A stretch of 64,000 nucleotides of DNA from Alphaproteobacteria bacterium (GTDB taxonomy: Bacteria > Pseudomonadota > Alphaproteobacteria > SP197). The notes beneath the pieces are model-generated. The model was not told the origin of the DNA. It saw nothing but the letters and a program-made list of their open reading frames with translations, and made no database searches. Both the position numbers and the translations under genes were made by a program. Each line of letters opens with the position of its first letter. Positions within the stretch are counted from its first letter, which is position 1. This document shows positions 23,098 through 33,335 of this stretch, piece after piece. The stretch lies in assembly GCA_965207785.1 (NCBI GenBank), contig CBDBNO010000012.1:99293-163292 (forward strand), in the 5' to 3' direction.

Positions 23098-23981
23098 GTT
23101 CGCTGACCCGATGCCGGCCCGCGCACGATTCCCTCCGGACGCCACAGCAGGATCAGGATGACCAGCGAGAAGGTGAATGCGTCGCGGAACTTGAGAAGGT
23201 CCTGGGGAAGAGTGTAGTTCAGCGCCGTGTCGATGAGCGCCAGAAGGAAACCGCCGACGACCGCACCCGGCAGGCTGCGCATGCCGCCAATGACCGTCGC
23301 AATGAAGGCGATCAGGAGGGGCTGAAGTCCGATCCCCGGCACAACGGTACCGATCCGCCCGATCCAGAGGATGGCGACGGCTCCCGCCAGCAGGCCGGAA
23401 ATCGCAAAGGCTGCCGAAATGATGAGATTCGCCGGAATTCCCATCATTCGCGCCATCCGGAAATTCGTGGCCGCGGCCCGCATGGCGATGCCCAGCGCCG
23501 TCGACCGCATGAGCCAGGAGAAGATCCCCAGCATGATCACCGCAACGGCGATCGTGATGAGGTTGCGGACCGGCGTGATGACGCCCGCGAACTCGACGGT
23601 GCGGGAGAACAACTCCGGAAGCGGAACCGCGCGGGGTCTTGGCGAGATGAAGAGGAGAGCAGCGTTCTGCAACAGGGTCGAGAAGGCAAAGGACGTGATC
23701 AGAACGGCGGTCACGGATTTGGCGCGCACGGGGCGGAACGCGATATAGTCCGTCGCGATCCCCGCGGCGATCGCCATGATCACGCCGCATCCCGCCATCG
23801 CGAGCCAGGGGAGTCCGGAGCCGCTGACGAGGAACATGGTGTAGCCGCTGACCATGATCAGCTCGCCATATGCGAAGTTCACGAGGCGGAGAATGCCGTA
23901 GACGATGACGAGGCCGAGGGCCATCAGTGCGTAGGCCCCGCCGAGACTCAGCACATCCAGCACGAATTGCACCGGGTTCAT
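23094..23981 (-). CDS. branched-chain amino acid ABC transporter permease (LivH-like)
   Basis: YALMALGLVIVYGILRLVNFAYGE, GIAMRAAA, VIGGMRSLPGA. Confidence 0.9.
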   Translation of the reverse strand: MNPVQFVLDVLSLGGAYALMALGLVIVYGILRLVNFAYGELIMVSGYTMFLVSGSGLPWLAMAGCGVIMAIAAGIATDYIAFRPVRAKSVTAVLITSFAFSTLLQNAALLFISPRPRAVPLPELFSRTVEFAGVITPVRNLITIAVAVIMLGIFSWLMRSTALGIAMRAAATNFRMARMMGIPANLIISAAFAISGLLAGAVAILWIGRIGTVVPGIGLQPLLIAFIATVIGGMRSLPGAVVGGFLLALIDTALNYTLPQDLLKFRDAFTFSLVILILLWRPEGIVRGPASGQRT

Positions 23982-24691
23982 GGTTCAGCGCCAAGGTAGA
24001 GGGACTTCAGTTCCGTCGCGGCGGCGATCTCGGAGGCCGGCCCATCCGCCTCGATGCGCCCGAGGCGCATGACGTAGGCGCGATCGCTGATCGCAAGGGC
24101 CTTTGCCGCGTTCTGCTCGACGAGAAGGATGGTCAGGCCGGATTCCTTCAGACTGCCGATCATGTCGAAGATCTGGTCCACCACGATCGGCGCCAGGCCG
24201 AGCGACGGCTCGTCCAGGAGAAGGACGGTCGGACGCGACATGAGCGCCCGCGCTATGACCAGCATCTGCTGTTCGCCCCCCGACAGGCTTCCCGCCGGCA
24301 GGTTCTGTCGCTCTTCAAGAATGGGAAAGTGGGCGAAATGCGTGTCGCGATCGCGAAGCACGCCGGCCTGATCGCGGCGGCGCGTGAATGCGCCGAGCTG
24401 CAGGTTCTGCGCCACAGTCAGGTCCGGAAACACGTCGCGGGTCTCCGGCACGGCTGCCACACCACGCCGGACCATGTCTTCCGGTGTCGCCCCACTCACG
24501 TCCGCGCCATCCAGTCGGACCCGACCGGCGGTAGCCCGCACCGCTCCGGCGATCGCCATCAAGGTCGATGACTTTCCCGCGCCGTTGGCGCCGAGAAGGG
24601 TCACGAGTTCGCCCTTGCCGACCCGGAGCGACACGCCACGCACCGCACGGACGGCGCCGTAGCTGACCTCCAGGGAATCGATGTCAAGCAT
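23978..24691 (-). CDS. ABC transporter ATP-binding protein (LivF-like)
   Basis: GANGAGKS, LSGGEQQML, LLDEPSLGLAP, LVEQN. Confidence 0.92.
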   Translation of the reverse strand: MLDIDSLEVSYGAVRAVRGVSLRVGKGELVTLLGANGAGKSSTLMAIAGAVRATAGRVRLDGADVSGATPEDMVRRGVAAVPETRDVFPDLTVAQNLQLGAFTRRRDQAGVLRDRDTHFAHFPILEERQNLPAGSLSGGEQQMLVIARALMSRPTVLLLDEPSLGLAPIVVDQIFDMIGSLKESGLTILLVEQNAAKALAISDRAYVMRLGRIEADGPASEIAAATELKSLYLGAEP

Positions 24692-25451
24692 GACTGCTGC
24701 CGCTGCCCAGATAGGCTTCGATGACCGCCGGATCATCACGGACCGTCCGGCGGTCTCCTTCGGCAATGGTGCGACCGGACGCCAGTACGTGCAGGCGTTC
24801 GCACAGGCGCATGATCAGGCCCATGTCGTGGTCGATGATGAGCAGGCCGAGCCCGCGGTCCTTCGGCAGCATGGCGAGGATCTCGATGAGCGACTCGGTC
24901 TCCTCCTCGTTCATGCCGGCCGCTGGCTCGTCGAGCAGCAGGTAGTGTGGTTCGCCGGCCAGCGCCCGGGCGATCTCCACGCGGCGCTTCTCGCCGTAAC
25001 TGAGTACCTCGGCCAGATCGTCGAGACGTCTGCCAAGTCCGAACTCCTCGATCAGCGCGGTGGCGCGCTCGAGGGCCGCGCGCACCGGGGCGCCCTTTCC
25101 AAGGGCGGCCGTCGCGACGTTTTCAAGAATGGTCAGGTTGTCGAAATGCCTGCCGATCTGAAAGGTCCGGGAAACTCCGGCATGAGCGATCTCGCGGGGA
25201 TTTCGTCCGGTCAGGACAGCATTTCCCAGGGAGATTGTGCCGCCAGCCACGGGAACCTGACCGGTCATGGCGTTGACCAGCGTTGTCTTCCCGGATCCAT
25301 TCGGCCCGATGAGCCCGAGTATCTCCCCGGGTCCAAGGGTGAGCGACACGTCATCGAGTGCACGCAGACCGGCAAACTCGACCGTGACGGACGCCGCTTC
25401 AAGTGGGGCCATGGCGCTCCGGAATACCGTGATTCCTGCCGGCGCGGACAT
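24684..25451 (-). CDS. ABC transporter ATP-binding protein (LivG-like)
   Basis: GPNGSGKT, SRTFQ, LSYGEKRRVEIARA, LDEPAAG; start could be 25412. Confidence 0.92.
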   Translation of the reverse strand: MSAPAGITVFRSAMAPLEAASVTVEFAGLRALDDVSLTLGPGEILGLIGPNGSGKTTLVNAMTGQVPVAGGTISLGNAVLTGRNPREIAHAGVSRTFQIGRHFDNLTILENVATAALGKGAPVRAALERATALIEEFGLGRRLDDLAEVLSYGEKRRVEIARALAGEPHYLLLDEPAAGMNEEETESLIEILAMLPKDRGLGLLIIDHDMGLIMRLCERLHVLASGRTIAEGDRRTVRDDPAVIEAYLGSGSSHA

Positions 25452-25481
25452 GTCCGCGCCGGCAGGGTGGTTCAGGCGATT

Positions 25482-26651
25482 CTATGGCGCCGGTACGTTG
25501 GACGGCGTCCGCCAGCCAAGGAAATGCGTTGACGCGTCCTTGACTTCGACGAGCACCGCCGCCTTGTCCGGGGCATGGCCTTCAGCGGCATTGCGGTAGG
25601 TCAGATCGCCGGTGAGAAGATGGAACACGTTCTCCTCTAGCGCCTGTGCGACAGCCGCGCCATCCGTCGTGCCTGCAATCTCCGCAGCCTGGGCAAGAAG
25701 CATCACGGCGTCCCAGCCGGTTGCCACGAAGGACGTGTCCGGCGGCTCATTGAACATGTCCTCGAAGAGCCCGATGAACTGCTCCATTTCCGGATGCGCT
25801 TCGGCACTCATGAAGGTATGGGTCACGAAGTAGATGTCGTTGCCGAGCGGACCAAGCGACTCGATCATCGCGGGATCGTCGTAGGAATCCCCGCCGAGCA
25901 CCGGTGCGTCGTAGCCGACTTCGCGCAGTGACCGGATGATGAAGCCGATATCCTGCCCGTAGGACGAGATGAAGATGACGTCCGGCTTCTCGTCGAGCGC
26001 CTGCAGGCGTGCAAGCTGGGCCGAGAAATCGTTGTCTCCGTTGTTGTACGTGTCCTCCGCCAGGATGTTGCCACCCAGAGCCTTGAAATGCTCGAGGAAG
26101 TACTTGGAAAGCGACACGGTGTAGGCGATGAACTGGTCGGTCACGACATAGGCGTTCCTCCAGCCGCGCTCGTTGTAGGCGTATTCGGCGGCCGTCGCCC
26201 CCATGGTCGTGTTCCACATCGACAGGGTGAACTGCTTGTCTCCGAGGGACCAGGAACTGTAGAGCGGGTCCGAGGCACACAGCGACAGGCCAACCAGTCC
26301 CGCCTCCTGGGCCGCGCGACTCGCCGGTCCGCCGAAATCGAAGTCGCAGGGCGCCAGAATGAAGTCGGCGCCGCCGTCGATGAGTTCCACGGCCGCGTTG
26401 CCAACCGTGACCGGATCGGTCTTGCCGTCGATGGCGATCATCTCCACCTGCTGGCCAAGCAAACCGCCCTGGTCATTGAGGGCCTTGATGGCGACCTGCG
26501 CACCCCGGAAGCCGGGCGTGTCCAGGGGAGCCTGGTCTCCTGTCAGGCACAGGGGCGCACCAAAGGTGATCGTGTCCCCCAGGGCATTGCCCCCACCGGC
26601 CACAGCCAGGGCACCAACCGATGCCAGTACTGCAAGGAAACGGGATCTCAT
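25482..26651 (-). CDS. ABC transporter substrate-binding protein (LivJ/Peripla_BP_6 type)
   Basis: Signal peptide, LNDQGGLLGQQVEM, DFSAQLARL; heads the Liv-type operon. Confidence 0.88.
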   Translation of the reverse strand: MRSRFLAVLASVGALAVAGGGNALGDTITFGAPLCLTGDQAPLDTPGFRGAQVAIKALNDQGGLLGQQVEMIAIDGKTDPVTVGNAAVELIDGGADFILAPCDFDFGGPASRAAQEAGLVGLSLCASDPLYSSWSLGDKQFTLSMWNTTMGATAAEYAYNERGWRNAYVVTDQFIAYTVSLSKYFLEHFKALGGNILAEDTYNNGDNDFSAQLARLQALDEKPDVIFISSYGQDIGFIIRSLREVGYDAPVLGGDSYDDPAMIESLGPLGNDIYFVTHTFMSAEAHPEMEQFIGLFEDMFNEPPDTSFVATGWDAVMLLAQAAEIAGTTDGAAVAQALEENVFHLLTGDLTYRNAAEGHAPDKAAVLVEVKDASTHFLGWRTPSNVPAP

Positions 26652-27117
26652 GAAGTTCCTCCTCTTGTTCTTGTCGCAAGGTCAATCCGAACTGACCTCT
26701 CTGTCACATTCGAAGATGTCCGGGCAGGAAAGTCAAACCCGAGGCCGGTTCGCCGCAGTGATTCTCGGCGACACCGCGGCATGGGCCCTGGCTCCGCGAT
26801 CACCATGAGGTCACGAATTCCGGAGCCGGCGTCGGGAGGCCGGACCAGCGGTTGCACAACGGAATGCGCGCGCTATGCCAATGCCGACATAGCAGGCGCC
26901 GTTGAGGCCAGGCGACGACGTCCTGGCAAGCGAGCGCTCCGCGGAATGAGTCCCGCAGACATCGAGCGAGCGTGTCAGCTGGGATCAGGCGGTATCGCAC
27001 GAGGCTCCCGCCCGGCTCCCTGCCGCGTCCGATTCACACCGCTTGTCCACCAAATCAGGTCTCGGCAGGTCTTTGGTCGCCGATCAGGGTCGTGCGAAAC
27101 CGAGTCTGCCGGACACC

Positions 27118-27873
27118 TCACCTTCTGGTCCGGCGTTCCTCGAGAAATGCCCGCAGGCGTTCCCTCGCCGCCGGATCGGCAAAGCAGGCGCGGTCACGCT
27201 CTTCCTCGTCGGCCAGCACCGCCTCGAGCGACTCGCGGAAGGCTCCGAGGAGAGCTTTCATGTGAGCCACGCCACTACCGGGAAACTCGGCGATGGTGGC
27301 CGCAAGGTCGCCCGCACGGGCAAGAAGGTCATTGTCGTCGACAACCTCCGCCACAAGGCCGATCCGTTGCGCTTCGTCGGCATCCACCAGTCGTTGGGTC
27401 AGATAGAGCTCCATCGTTCTCCCGAGACCGATGTGGCGCGGCAGGAACCACGACAACCCGCCCGAGACACTGAAGCCGAGCGCCGCGTCCGGCAAGCCGA
27501 AGCGGGCTGATCTGGCTGCGATCCTCAGATCACACATGGCGGCAAGTTCAAGCCCGCCGCCCAGACAGTATCCGTTGACGGCAGCGATCACGGGCTTTAC
27601 GAGACCGCTGATCCGGCGGGCCAGTTCCTGATAGAGTGCCGTGTTGGCCGCAAAGCCGCTCTCGTCCTGGGTTTCCGCCTCGCCAATGTCCGCGCCGGCA
27701 CTGAAGGCCCGGCCGGTGCCCGTGAGGACCAGGACCGAGACTGCGTCATCCTTGTCGGCAGCCCTGATCCAGTCGGCCAGACGGCCAAGCTGGGCGTGAT
27801 CGAGGGCACACAGCACGTTCTCGCGATCCATCCTCGCCCAAGAAACGTTGTCCGAGCGGGTGACGGCGAGCAT
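27118..27873 (-). CDS. enoyl-CoA hydratase/isomerase family protein
   Basis: TGTGRAFSAGADI, KPVIAAVNGYCLGGGLELAAMCDLRIA. Confidence 0.9.
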   Translation of the reverse strand: MLAVTRSDNVSWARMDRENVLCALDHAQLGRLADWIRAADKDDAVSVLVLTGTGRAFSAGADIGEAETQDESGFAANTALYQELARRISGLVKPVIAAVNGYCLGGGLELAAMCDLRIAARSARFGLPDAALGFSVSGGLSWFLPRHIGLGRTMELYLTQRLVDADEAQRIGLVAEVVDDNDLLARAGDLAATIAEFPGSGVAHMKALLGAFRESLEAVLADEEERDRACFADPAARERLRAFLEERRTRR

Positions 27874-27876
27874 GAC

Positions 27877-29181
27877 TCAGGCCTCGCGGCCCGCTGTCAG
27901 CCTGGCACCGAGGATGCGGGCCTGTATGACCGGATTTGTCACGAAGCGCGGCGGAAAGCGCTGCAGATCCTCGAATGCCGCCATGTCGGCCACCAGGTCG
28001 GTGTCCTCGCCGGCGGCCATCTCGGCGACCGCGCGTCCGGAGATGGTTCCCTTGGCGGCGCCGACACCGTTCTGGCACACCGCGGCCCAGATGCCGTTGG
28101 CCAGCGTACCGCACTTCGGCACGGAATTGCGCGACATGCACATGACACCGCTCCAGGTGTGTTCGAAGGTAACGCGCGGCACCATGGGGAAGCGCCTGGA
28201 AAGGGAACGGACGTGTCGACTCCGGACCTTCGCCAGGTCGCGTTCCGTGATCGTGAAGTCCGGCCGGTGACGCAAGGCCAGCCGGATGAGCAGCCTCTTG
28301 TCCCGCGTGTAGCGCATCGTCGTCCCGCCCAGAAGCGCCGGGATGGTTCCCCAGTCGCCCTCGCCTCCCAGGGCCTCCTGTTCGGCATCGTCCAGTGGTC
28401 GGGTAAGGCTGGCGAACGTGTGGATGGTGAGCAGCTTTTGCCTGAGAAACCCGAAGGCGGATGCCCAGCCGTTGGTCGCCAGAATGATCCGTGGCGTCGT
28501 CAACCTTCCGCCTGGGGTCGCAAGGACCTTTGTGGCCCCGTCTCGGAACTCCCGCACGGTAGAATTCTCGAAGATCTCGACATTGTCCGGCATGGTGCGC
28601 GCCAGCCCTGTCACAAGTGCTGCCGGCTGCATGAGGATGCTCCCGGGGGTAAACAGGCCGTCGACAAAGCTGTCCGTGCCGAGGAATGCGGCGAGACGCC
28701 CGCGATCCCATCGCTCGCAGTCCTCGCCAAGGTCGCCGAGACGGGCCTGCATGACGTCGAGATTCCGGCGTCCCGGAGAGGTGGCCGCCACATGCACCTT
28801 GCCGCGGCGGCTCCACTGACAGCGTATCTGGTGACGTTCCACGAGATCGGCGAGCCAGGCGATGGCCTGCCGGTTGATGCGGATCTGCCGGCGGTCGTGA
28901 TCCGGCTGTTCGCGCGACAGAGCATGGGGAAGATCGATGATGAACCCCGAATTGCGCCCCGAGGCGTTCTCCCCGATACGGCCCGCCTCAAGGAGCACGA
29001 CACGATCATTGGGCCGCAGTTCACCCAGGCGCCGGGCGGCGGCGAGACCGGCGAAACCGCCACCGATCACCACCCAGTCCGCCACGCCCTCGCCTTCCCA
29101 GACGCGTGCCGGAGGGTGTTCCTCCAGGATGTTGTACCAGCCGTTCGAATGATCGTTCTTCGGGAAGCCGGTCACCCGCAT
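27877..29181 (-). CDS. FAD-dependent oxidoreductase (DAO / PuuB-like family)
   Basis: VVIGGGFAGLAAA, ASGRNSGF, CQNGVGAAKGT. Confidence 0.88.
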   Translation of the reverse strand: MRVTGFPKNDHSNGWYNILEEHPPARVWEGEGVADWVVIGGGFAGLAAARRLGELRPNDRVVLLEAGRIGENASGRNSGFIIDLPHALSREQPDHDRRQIRINRQAIAWLADLVERHQIRCQWSRRGKVHVAATSPGRRNLDVMQARLGDLGEDCERWDRGRLAAFLGTDSFVDGLFTPGSILMQPAALVTGLARTMPDNVEIFENSTVREFRDGATKVLATPGGRLTTPRIILATNGWASAFGFLRQKLLTIHTFASLTRPLDDAEQEALGGEGDWGTIPALLGGTTMRYTRDKRLLIRLALRHRPDFTITERDLAKVRSRHVRSLSRRFPMVPRVTFEHTWSGVMCMSRNSVPKCGTLANGIWAAVCQNGVGAAKGTISGRAVAEMAAGEDTDLVADMAAFEDLQRFPPRFVTNPVIQARILGARLTAGREA

Positions 29182-29190
29182 GGCGCGATG

Positions 29191-29577
29191 TCAGTCCAGG
29201 GGAACCGGAGGTACGGGTGCGTGCTGGTGCGTGCTGCTTCCCGCCTTCGACTCGGTCACCGGAGCCACGGCAAAGAAGAATTTGGCCGGTTCGCGCGCCA
29301 CATAGGTGAGCCGGGTTCCGGCAGGAAGCCACATGATGTCTCCGGGGCCGATGTGGTGCCGTCCCTCGTCGGTGTGGATCTCCAGTTCACCTTCAATTCC
29401 GTAGATGATCTCGTCGTAGGTCACGGTCCAGGGAATGCTGCAGTTCTCGAACACTCCCATGCCGCCTCCCAGCGTGGTGCTGATCGCCGAGTTGATGGTT
29501 GCCACCACATTGCCGCCGCTGCCGTCGGCCACGGAAAGATCGAGGTCATACCCGCGGAACATGCGTGCGTCGCTCAT
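29191..29577 (-). CDS. EutQ-like cupin
   Basis: LGGGMGVFENCSIPWTVTYDEIIYGIEG...GPGDIMWLPAG. Confidence 0.82.
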   Translation of the reverse strand: MSDARMFRGYDLDLSVADGSGGNVVATINSAISTTLGGGMGVFENCSIPWTVTYDEIIYGIEGELEIHTDEGRHHIGPGDIMWLPAGTRLTYVAREPAKFFFAVAPVTESKAGSSTHQHAPVPPVPLD

Positions 29578-30722
29578 CAGGTCATGTCTCCTTCCAACGC
29601 ATCTTTCACCCAGGTCTGAAAGGCATGGACACAGTGTTCGCTGTCTCCTGGTTCACCGCCCCGGGAAATGAACCGGCCCTGGTAGTAGCCTCGCGACACG
29701 ATACCCCGCTGGACACCCTCGTTAAGGGCGGCATCTTCAGGCCCGAGGGCTTCGTTGAACCAGACTTCCGAAGCACGCGTGGTCTCGTCATCGCCACGGC
29801 CGGGAACGCGGTAGTAGGCATTTTCCACGACCGATGACTGCGCGCCCGTGGGCCGCATCAGGAAGGTCGAGATCATGTCGGCATGAGGCCAGGAATAGAT
29901 GATCCAGTCCGGCCACAGGTAAAGCGTGATGAAATGGTCCGTCTGGCCACCAGGACCGGACCTTGGGAAAGGATAGACCTCCGCCCGGTTCTTTCCCGGC
30001 GGAGCGATGATGGCAAGCCAGCGATCATGCACATGGAGCCTTGTGGTCTCCATGTCGATGATGTCGGTGAGTTCGCGGTGGGCCGGACCGGAGTTGGGAA
30101 AGTGATAGCCCTCGATGGCGTTCTCGACGGTCACCTTCCAGTTGGAGGCAATGTCGAAGTCCTTCTGGCCGCCGAACGTGACCGCCTCGAGATCGGGAAA
30201 CCAGCGCCGGCACTCCTCCTCGAAGCCCGGCGCCCACTCGTTCATCGGCGGCGCGTCGTCATCGAGATTGACGAAAATGAAGCCGGCGAATTCCTGGATC
30301 CGCACCGGCACGAGACCGAAGTCGGCCTTGTCGAAATCCGGCACCCGGTCACACAACCGGGCGCTCCTCAGTGATCCGTCGGTACCATAGGCCCAGCCAT
30401 GGTAGGGACAGGTAATGGCGGCCTTGACGGTGCCGCGTCCCTGCAGCAGCTCGTGGGCGCGGTGCTGGCAGACGTTGTAGAAGGCACGCAGACGACCATC
30501 CCGTCCCCTGATGGCGACAACTCCCTGACCATGGATGTCGACGGTGACATAGCTGCCGGGAGTGCCGAGCGCGCTCCTGTGACAGACGAAACGCCACGAG
30601 CGGAAGAAGATCGCCTCCTTCTCGCGCTCCAGGACATCCTCACGGTAGTACCACGGCGAGGGCAGGGTGAACGACGTCCGGTGGTCACCGGTCATCCCCG
30701 CCACCGGCAGCGATTCAACCAT
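29577..30722 (-). CDS. Rieske non-heme iron oxygenase alpha subunit (CntA/choline monooxygenase-like)
   Basis: NVCQHR...CPYHGW Rieske motif; NWKVTVENAIEGYH...AH and ED mononuclear Fe ligands. Confidence 0.92.
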   Translation of the reverse strand: MVESLPVAGMTGDHRTSFTLPSPWYYREDVLEREKEAIFFRSWRFVCHRSALGTPGSYVTVDIHGQGVVAIRGRDGRLRAFYNVCQHRAHELLQGRGTVKAAITCPYHGWAYGTDGSLRSARLCDRVPDFDKADFGLVPVRIQEFAGFIFVNLDDDAPPMNEWAPGFEEECRRWFPDLEAVTFGGQKDFDIASNWKVTVENAIEGYHFPNSGPAHRELTDIIDMETTRLHVHDRWLAIIAPPGKNRAEVYPFPRSGPGGQTDHFITLYLWPDWIIYSWPHADMISTFLMRPTGAQSSVVENAYYRVPGRGDDETTRASEVWFNEALGPEDAALNEGVQRGIVSRGYYQGRFISRGGEPGDSEHCVHAFQTWVKDALEGDMT

Positions 30723-30813
30723 GACGAAGCTCCGTTGTTCCGACGCCGGGAACCCTATGCGCCACCCCGCTTCGAATCAACGCTCCCGCGCCGCTCGAGT
30801 GACGGCCGCTGTT

Positions 30814-31830
30814 TCAGTCCAGGATGTACTTCTTGGGAACGGCGGCGCCGATCGTGTACTTGGGGTCCACGAAGTTGCCCAAGCGCACCTTGCCACACTG
30901 ACTGAGCATCATGTAGGCGTCCCACTGGTCGAACCCGTAGTCCGCCGCCATCCACCGGATCAGTTCACGGTAGGCAATGCGTGCGCTGTCCTCGAGCGGG
31001 CGCGTGCTGCCGATTCCCATGATGAAATCATCGGCTTCCAGGCGCGGCCACTCGATCGGCCAGTTCTTGATCAGATCGACCGTTATGGTGGTGGTGGTCG
31101 GGTATTCGACGGCCACACCGCATACCTCGCCATCGCCCTGGCAGGCGTGGGCATCGCCGATGAAGAGACGGCCACCCCTGGTGCGGACCGGCAGGTAGGT
31201 GATCGTACCCGGCCCCATGTCGGGGAGATCCATGTTGCCGCCATGGGCGTCGGGTGTCAGCGAATTGATCGAATCGATCTCGGGCGAGCAGCTGAGCGTG
31301 CCGATGTGGGGCTTGTAGGGGAGCGTCACCCTGTCGCTCCAGTAGACCTTCTCCTCGTCGAGGTCGATCTTGCGAACGATCTCGGGAAGCGGTTCGTTGA
31401 GCGTCGCTGTCAGGGCCGTGCCGGTCAGGGCGCCGAACTCACGAATCATGCAACAGGTGCCGCGGGGGTTCGGTCCCCGTGGCGCCATGCTCTCGATATG
31501 GACGCACAGCACGTCGCCCTTTTCCGCTCCCTCGACCATGATCGGGCCGCACTGGGGATTGAGCCAGGGCATCTCCAGGATTTCCGAGGGCACATCGGAT
31601 TCGCTCCTGATCTTGCCTTCGAAGGCATCGCGCGTCTCGACGATCACCCTGTCACCCGGGTTGATGTGGAGAACCGGTTCGGAATAGGGGCCGATCGTGT
31701 AGTGAAAGACACCCTGGACCTCTTCAGTGAGATTGTGGGTGACGCCTGTTGATCCGTACCCGACACCGCGCCGGTACATGATGGATTCCGTCACCCAGTC
31801 GTTCGGGTAGGATCGCATGATCATTTCCAT
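30814..31830 (-). CDS. acetamidase/formamidase family protein
   Basis: NPQCGPIMVEGAEKGD, HGGNMDLP, IGDAHACQGDGEVCGVAVE. Confidence 0.92.
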   Translation of the reverse strand: MEMIMRSYPNDWVTESIMYRRGVGYGSTGVTHNLTEEVQGVFHYTIGPYSEPVLHINPGDRVIVETRDAFEGKIRSESDVPSEILEMPWLNPQCGPIMVEGAEKGDVLCVHIESMAPRGPNPRGTCCMIREFGALTGTALTATLNEPLPEIVRKIDLDEEKVYWSDRVTLPYKPHIGTLSCSPEIDSINSLTPDAHGGNMDLPDMGPGTITYLPVRTRGGRLFIGDAHACQGDGEVCGVAVEYPTTTTITVDLIKNWPIEWPRLEADDFIMGIGSTRPLEDSARIAYRELIRWMAADYGFDQWDAYMMLSQCGKVRLGNFVDPKYTIGAAVPKKYILD

Positions 31831-31895
31831 AGCCGTCGTTCCCCCTTTTTCAATTCATGGGCCATTCCGTCGGGCAGGTCAGGGACATGCCGCCA

Positions 31896-32609
31896 TCAGA
31901 CCGCGAGGTAGGTGGCCACATGTTCCGTGTCCATCAGGCGCTCGCGGTCAAGATCAGCCACCACCCTGCCCTTGTCCAGAACATAGGCGCGCTGCGCCAC
32001 GGTCTGGATCAGGTCGATGTTCTGTTCGACGATGAGTACGGTCAGCTGCCTGGACTGGTTCAGTTCGCGGACGAAGGCGCCGATGTCCTGAACGATGCTG
32101 GGCTGGACGCCGTCGCTGGGTTCATCGAGCAGCAACAGATCGGGCGCGTTGATCAGCGCACGCGCAATGGCGAGCATGGCCTGCTGCCCGCCGCTCAGCG
32201 TGCCGCCACGCTGGCGTTGCCGGTCGCGAAGGAACGGAAAGAACGAGAACGCCACTTCAGGATCGGGCGTTTGCTGGTCGCGGTTGATGAAGCCGCCCAT
32301 GCGAAGATTGTCCCGCACCGTCATCTGCGGGAATATTCCCCGCCCCTGCGGCACATAGCCGATCCCCCGGCGCGCCCGACGGTCGGCAGGCAATGCCGAG
32401 ATATCCTCTCCCTGGTAGCGGATGTTTCCTGCCCGCGTTGGCAACAGACCGATCAGCGTCTTCATCAGGGTTGTCTTGCCAACCCCGTTGCGGCCAAGCA
32501 CGCTCACGACTTCACCCCGGTCGATGCTGAGGTCAAATCCCTGGAGCACATCGCCGATCGAGTAGCCCGATCGAAGCCCCGTTGCCGCGAGAAGCTCCGT
32601 TCCCATCAT
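31896..32609 (-). CDS. urea/amide ABC transporter ATP-binding protein (UrtE-like)
   Basis: GRNGVGKTTL, IGYVPQGRGIF, LSGGQQ, LDEPSDGVQPSIV. Confidence 0.9.
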   Translation of the reverse strand: MMGTELLAATGLRSGYSIGDVLQGFDLSIDRGEVVSVLGRNGVGKTTLMKTLIGLLPTRAGNIRYQGEDISALPADRRARRGIGYVPQGRGIFPQMTVRDNLRMGGFINRDQQTPDPEVAFSFFPFLRDRQRQRGGTLSGGQQAMLAIARALINAPDLLLLDEPSDGVQPSIVQDIGAFVRELNQSRQLTVLIVEQNIDLIQTVAQRAYVLDKGRVVADLDRERLMDTEHVATYLAV

Positions 32610-33331
32610 GCCTGTCCGAGATAGATGCGCCGCACGTCATCGTGCGCCGTGATGTCCGCGACGGTGCCCTCCGCAAAGATGGCGCCCTGGTGCAGCACCG
32701 TCACGCGCTCGGCTACTTCCCTGACGAATGCGATGTCGTGTTCGACCACGATGATTGTCAGTCCGTCATCGTTGAGATGACGCAGAACCCTGGCTGTCTG
32801 AAGTGTCTCCTCGGGCGACAGTCCGGCCGTAGGCTCATCAAGAAGGAGGACGTCGGGTCCGCCGGCAAGCACCATCGCGATCTCGAGCCACTGCAGTCGA
32901 TGGTGGGGCAGTTCCCGGGCCGGAACATCGCTTGTCATATCGAGACCGAAGGTCGACAACGCATACTGGTAGCGTTTCTCGGATGTGGAAGAGCGGCCGC
33001 CCTGGGGAAGCCTGAACGGCGCTTCGAGATTCTGCCTGACCGTGAGTTCGTGGAAGGCGCGATTGGTCTGAAAGGTCAGACCCAGCCCCAGCCGTACCCG
33101 GCGGAAACTCGGAAGCGCCGTGATGTCTCGATCTTTGAGGAAGATATGCCCCGAATCCGGCGCATGAATTCCACACAGCAACGCGAACAGGGTCGATTTC
33201 CCTGCGCCATTGGGTCCAATGATGCAGCGCAGCTCCCCCTCGGGAATGTCGAGATCGACGTCTTGCGTGGCGACGATGCCGCCAAACCTCTTTTCGAGGG
33301 CCGAGGTGCGGACGATGGCATGCATGGTCAC
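32606..33331 (-). CDS. urea/amide ABC transporter ATP-binding protein (UrtD-like)
   Basis: ELRCIIGPNGAGKST, QWLEIAMVL, LLDEPTAG, VEHD; start uncertain (33325-33361). Confidence 0.88.
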   Translation of the reverse strand: MTMHAIVRTSALEKRFGGIVATQDVDLDIPEGELRCIIGPNGAGKSTLFALLCGIHAPDSGHIFLKDRDITALPSFRRVRLGLGLTFQTNRAFHELTVRQNLEAPFRLPQGGRSSTSEKRYQYALSTFGLDMTSDVPARELPHHRLQWLEIAMVLAGGPDVLLLDEPTAGLSPEETLQTARVLRHLNDDGLTIIVVEHDIAFVREVAERVTVLHQGAIFAEGTVADITAHDDVRRIYLGQA

Positions 33332-33335
33332 GGCT

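Noticed and set aside
22072-23994. 640-aa ORF suggesting a fused permease
   Set aside because: The N-terminal ~300 aa are an off-frame read of the LivH-like gene; the LivM-like gene most likely starts at 23097.
26864-26880. sigma54-like TGGCATAGCGCGCGCA upstream of the Liv-type operon
   Set aside because: Spacing is right but the TT before GC is missing; too weak to call in GC-rich DNA.
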